From NCBI GenBank assembly GCA_043228905.1, contig JBHGNT010000010.1, forward strand, positions 5,518,001 through 5,582,000: a DNA stretch of 64,000 nt, in the 5' to 3' direction. The notes beneath the pieces are model-generated. The model was not told where the DNA came from. It made no database searches and worked only from the letters and a program-made list of their open reading frames with translations. This DNA comes from Azolla caroliniana. Lineage: Eukaryota > Plantae > Polypodiophyta. The translations under genes were made by a program, and so were the position numbers. Below are positions 60,432 through 64,000 of this stretch, in pieces (positions within the stretch are counted from its first letter, which is position 1; every line of letters begins with the position of its first letter).

Positions 60432-63400
60432 AGCTTATGAGGGGAGAGGAGAAGGAAGAAGAGAACTTGTTAGGGTTTGTGGAAGACGAAGAGATGAAAG
60501 GAAAAAAATTGGTTCAAACTGTCAAGACTGAGAGAGAGAAAGAGAGAGAAAAAGAGATAGAGAGATAATTGAAAGAGAATTATTATATTGAAGCGTAAAA
60601 TGGATTACAAAGAGTAGGCTACAAAATGGCGTTGAACCAATTTAGGTTTGGGATGGGTGGTAGATCCCTATTTATAAGTAATAGAGAACTCTCTAGAATA
60701 TTCTAGGTTATCCTAGAATGTAGAGTAATCTAGAAGATCTCTAGAGTATTCTAGAAGGTTCTAGTGGTATAGAACACTCTAGAATATTCTAGGTCATTCT
60801 AGAATGTAGAGTAATATAGAATATTCCTATGATATTAGATTTCATATTCTAGAGACTATACATATAAGAATATTAATACAATGGTTAAGGATTTGACATG
60901 TGTACAACAAGGTCGTGGGTTCAAATCCTTTCAAGTCATAATGTGAGTGTCATGATCCTTTCGATGCATGATGTGACTGTTATCATGACACCGGTTGATT
61001 TTCCATCTCCTTGCCACCCGGTCTTCACGTCGGGTTCACCAACTGTGTCGTGCCCTTCGGCTCCGGATCGTTGCGTGAGTCGGGTGGGAACCGCCGAGGT
61101 TTTTGACTAGGAGGAAGAGGAATACAACTTAAGACTAGTTATGAATCGTGGAAAGAGAAGTAAGATAGCAATCTCGTGAATCCCACGAGTCTAGTGTAAT
61201 TAAAACAATATTTAGATTATAAGGGCAATTAGATGGCAAAATTCGTGAATCCCACGAATATATTAGATCGATCAAACCTTGTATCTTAATCAACAACCAT
61301 ATACATATTTTTCTCCTCCTTATATATAAAGATGGAAGAGGCTAAGCATGGCTTCATGCTTTTTCACCTAAAGTGCCCATGCACACTAAATGTGCATGTG
61401 ATGCTTTGTCATTTCCTAAATATAGGGCTCATGCACGCTAGATGTGCATGAGTCACTTTTAATGTCACGTGTAAATAAAATATTCACACTCTAAAGAATA
61501 CATGATTTTTACCTTTTAATAAAGGTATGTGTAAATAAAGGTCTTATACGTATTAAATCTACATTTATAACACTAAAGATAAGTTATTACAATGGTAAAG
61601 TTGGGGTTTATCTACGTGGAGGTGTATGGTTCGAATCTTGCCCTATGCACGTGATAATTTTTTTTGATATATTATTTATTTATTTATATGTATCTAAAAT
61701 CGGATATATTATTTTATGGTTTTCACGTAGTGTGTGGAATACACTACGACAACGTCGAACCACATGACGAGCCACAAAGAGTGGTTCTCCTTTCTGGAGA
61801 AACCGGATCAACTAGGAGTAGTCGAAACCGGAGACGACACTCCTCACCCAATCGTGCACGTCGGAGAAGTCCCTCTAAGCCACGTCGGACAGAGAGGGAA
61901 GCTGATGAACGTATTACACGTTCCGACAATCACGAAGAACCTGGTGTCCGTCGGTCAGATTGTCGACCAAGGGATGCAGGTGCGGTTTACGCACCTCGGG
62001 TGCTTCATTGAGGATGAGGGCGAAGTCATTGCGCAAGGGCGCAGAGACGGGAGGATGTTTATCCTCAACACGAATGACCTTGGCACCGCTCTATTCGCGA
62101 ATTGACAGAAGGTCGAGTCGGACATCGACCTGTGGCACAAGCGGATAGGCCACGTCAACTACCAGAGGCTTCAAGACCTGCAAACGAAACAAGTCGTTTT
62201 CGGTTTGCCGAAGTTCAGCGGCTGGAGAGCCGAAATTTGTGAAGCCTGCCAACTTGGGAAGCAACACCGGCTTCCATTCCCCACCGAACGGAACCGGAGC
62301 CGTAACAAGCTCGATCTCATCCATTTGGATGTGTGGGGACCGGCACAAAGTGTAAGCCTTGGCGAGAGCCGATACTTCGTCTCCTTCATCGACGACTATA
62401 CTCGACATACTTGGATCTACCTATTGAGCGGAAGAGCGAAGTCTTCGACTATTTCCGGAGCCTCCAGAAGATGGTCGAACGGGAATCGGAGAGGAAGATC
62501 AAATGCCTTCGGTCGGATGGCGGAAAGGAATATTTTTCCGGCCAATTCACTAGTTATCTGCAGTAGAAGGGAATTCGGCGAGAGTTCAGCTGCAGATACA
62601 CACCGGAGCAAAACGGTGTGGCCGAAAGGAAGAACCGGACACTCGTCGAAGCGGCAAGGGCAATGCTGGAGGAGAAGAGCATGCCCCGGTTCTACTGGGC
62701 GGAGGCGGTCCAGACGGCCGTCTACATACAAAACCGCATTGGTGATAAGGTGTCAGCTAATGAGCTATATTTCGGGCGCAAGCCGAACTTAAGACACCTT
62801 CGAATATTCGGCAGCATAGCGTATGTGCATGTACCGGATCAGAAGTGGAGAAAGCTGGATGCAAAATCGGAAAAATGCATCCTAGTCGGCTATGCTCAAG
62901 AGCAAAAGGGGTATAAGTGCTATAACCCCCGGACGAAGGAAGTCCGAGTTAGCCGGGATGTCGAGTTCGACGAATCGGCATCGTGGTACTCCATACCGAC
63001 TCCGACTTCCGATCCTGACCCAATGCCGGAAGATTAGGCCAGTGAGCCTAAATCAGCCCTAGCAGAGGATGACGAAGCCGGAACTCAAGATGAGAGTCCG
63101 GAATCGTTACGGTTAAGTGGACCGAACGAGCGACTGAGTCGGTTGGACCAGTCGGATGATGAGACGGCAAGTGGTGGAGACTCTATCGTGCTCTTCCCGC
63201 GCAAGGAACCGAGGAAACGGTTCACGCGCAAAGAGAAGGGGAAGAGGAAGATGTCGGATCGGTGCGTATCCGACTCCGGGAAGGAGAAAGGCAAATCTTC
63301 GGTAACGAAGACCGAACTGGCCAAGAAGGGCCTCAAATCAGGTGACGGTGCGTTGTGCCGATCAACCCGCCAGAAGGATCCCGTCATACGGTACGGATAC

Positions 63401-64000
63401 AATGAATACATGGCGCATCATTATGCGTACATGACTAAGGTGACAGAAGTGTGTGAGCCGGAGAGCTACGTAGAAAGGGCAAAGGACGCAAATTGGCGTG
63501 CCGCTATGGACGAAGAAATGCGGGCGCTCGATGCCAACGAAACTTGGGACCTAGTTGATCCTCCCCGTCACTGTAAACCGATCGGATGCAAGTGGGTGTA
63601 CAAGGTCAAGTACAACGCCGACGGTTTTGTTAACCGGTACAAAGCCCGGTTAGTGGCGAAGGGATACGCGCAGACCCACGGAATCGACTACGATGAGACC
63701 TTCGCTCCTGTGGCGAAGATGACGACGGTTCGTGTGGTACTGGCGGTTGCTGCGGCAAGGGGGTGGCATCTTCACCAGATGGATGTGAAGAACACCTTCC
63801 TTCAAGGAGAGCTTGAAGAAGAAGTCTTTATGACTTAGCCCCCCGGATTTCAATCGGAGATGAACAAGTCGGCGCTATGCCGACTGAAGAAGTCGCTTTA
63901 TGGCTTGAAGCAAGCCCCCCGAGCTTGGAACGCGAAGATCATGCACCGGTTGCGTAAGCTGGGGTTTGCTGTCTCTAAGTCGGACTCTTCGTTGTTCATC

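Larger units (their letters stand above)
55209..60990 (-). mobile_element. Intact chromovirus (Tcn1-like Ty3/gypsy), LTRs 55209-55679 and 60520-60990
   Basis: Two 471-bp LTRs with no difference seen, 5-bp TSD CCGGT, PPT gaagaagggggatag, open gag and pol. Confidence 0.97.
53263..61751 (-). mobile_element. Element B2: family-B LTR element (5' LTR 61046-61751; 3' LTR 53263-53752, truncated) with pol deleted
   Basis: tRNA-Trp PBS at 61041-61025, gag ATG at 61006 split by the chromovirus, Zn knuckle CIWCDSAEHDRRDC, 4-bp TSD gcgt/acgt. Confidence 0.92.
51729..64000 (+). mobile_element. Ty1/copia copy 3 (5' LTR 51729-52129), split by B2, runs off the window
   Basis: PBS tggtatcagagc at 52130; protease motif WYV(N)SDA|SNHMT rejoins across 53262/61756; IN and RT follow. 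Confidence 0.93.

Noticed and set aside
17229-63853. Numerous antisense and alternate-frame ORFs over copia and gypsy coding regions
   Set aside because: Shadow ORFs of GC-rich retroelement sequence with no independent motifs.

Overview
Eukaryotic, plant-type genomic DNA, most likely a non-seed land plant such as a fern (inferred from the Tcn1-like chromovirus, Penelope-type hammerhead, PLS-PPR relic and TE-filled introns; not proven). The first 9.2 kb holds nine minus-strand exons of an ankyrin-repeat Raf-like/ILK-type protein kinase that runs off the left edge; its introns carry a decayed LINE and a copia relic. From about 12 kb onward the window is almost entirely transposons: solo LTRs, a Tc1/mariner-type MITE, a PPR pseudogene, three copies of one copia family, two non-chromovirus gypsy elements (C, E) with a large extra ORF, three tRNA-Trp-primed elements (B1, B2, D) and one intact chromovirus with identical LTRs, nested up to seven deep. 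The main signals lie in cis-elements. (1) Elements C and E have no polypurine tract; a sense copy of the primer-tRNA 3' end (an inverted PBS) sits 2 nt before the 3' LTR, suggesting tRNA priming of both strands. (2) Three LTR families carry an outward-facing tRNA-like Pol III A-box/B-box module in U3. (3) Two chromovirus families show co-varying self-priming signals and heat-shock-element arrays. (4) There is a minimal hammerhead ribozyme. All calls were made by eye; family names and tRNA identities need database confirmation.
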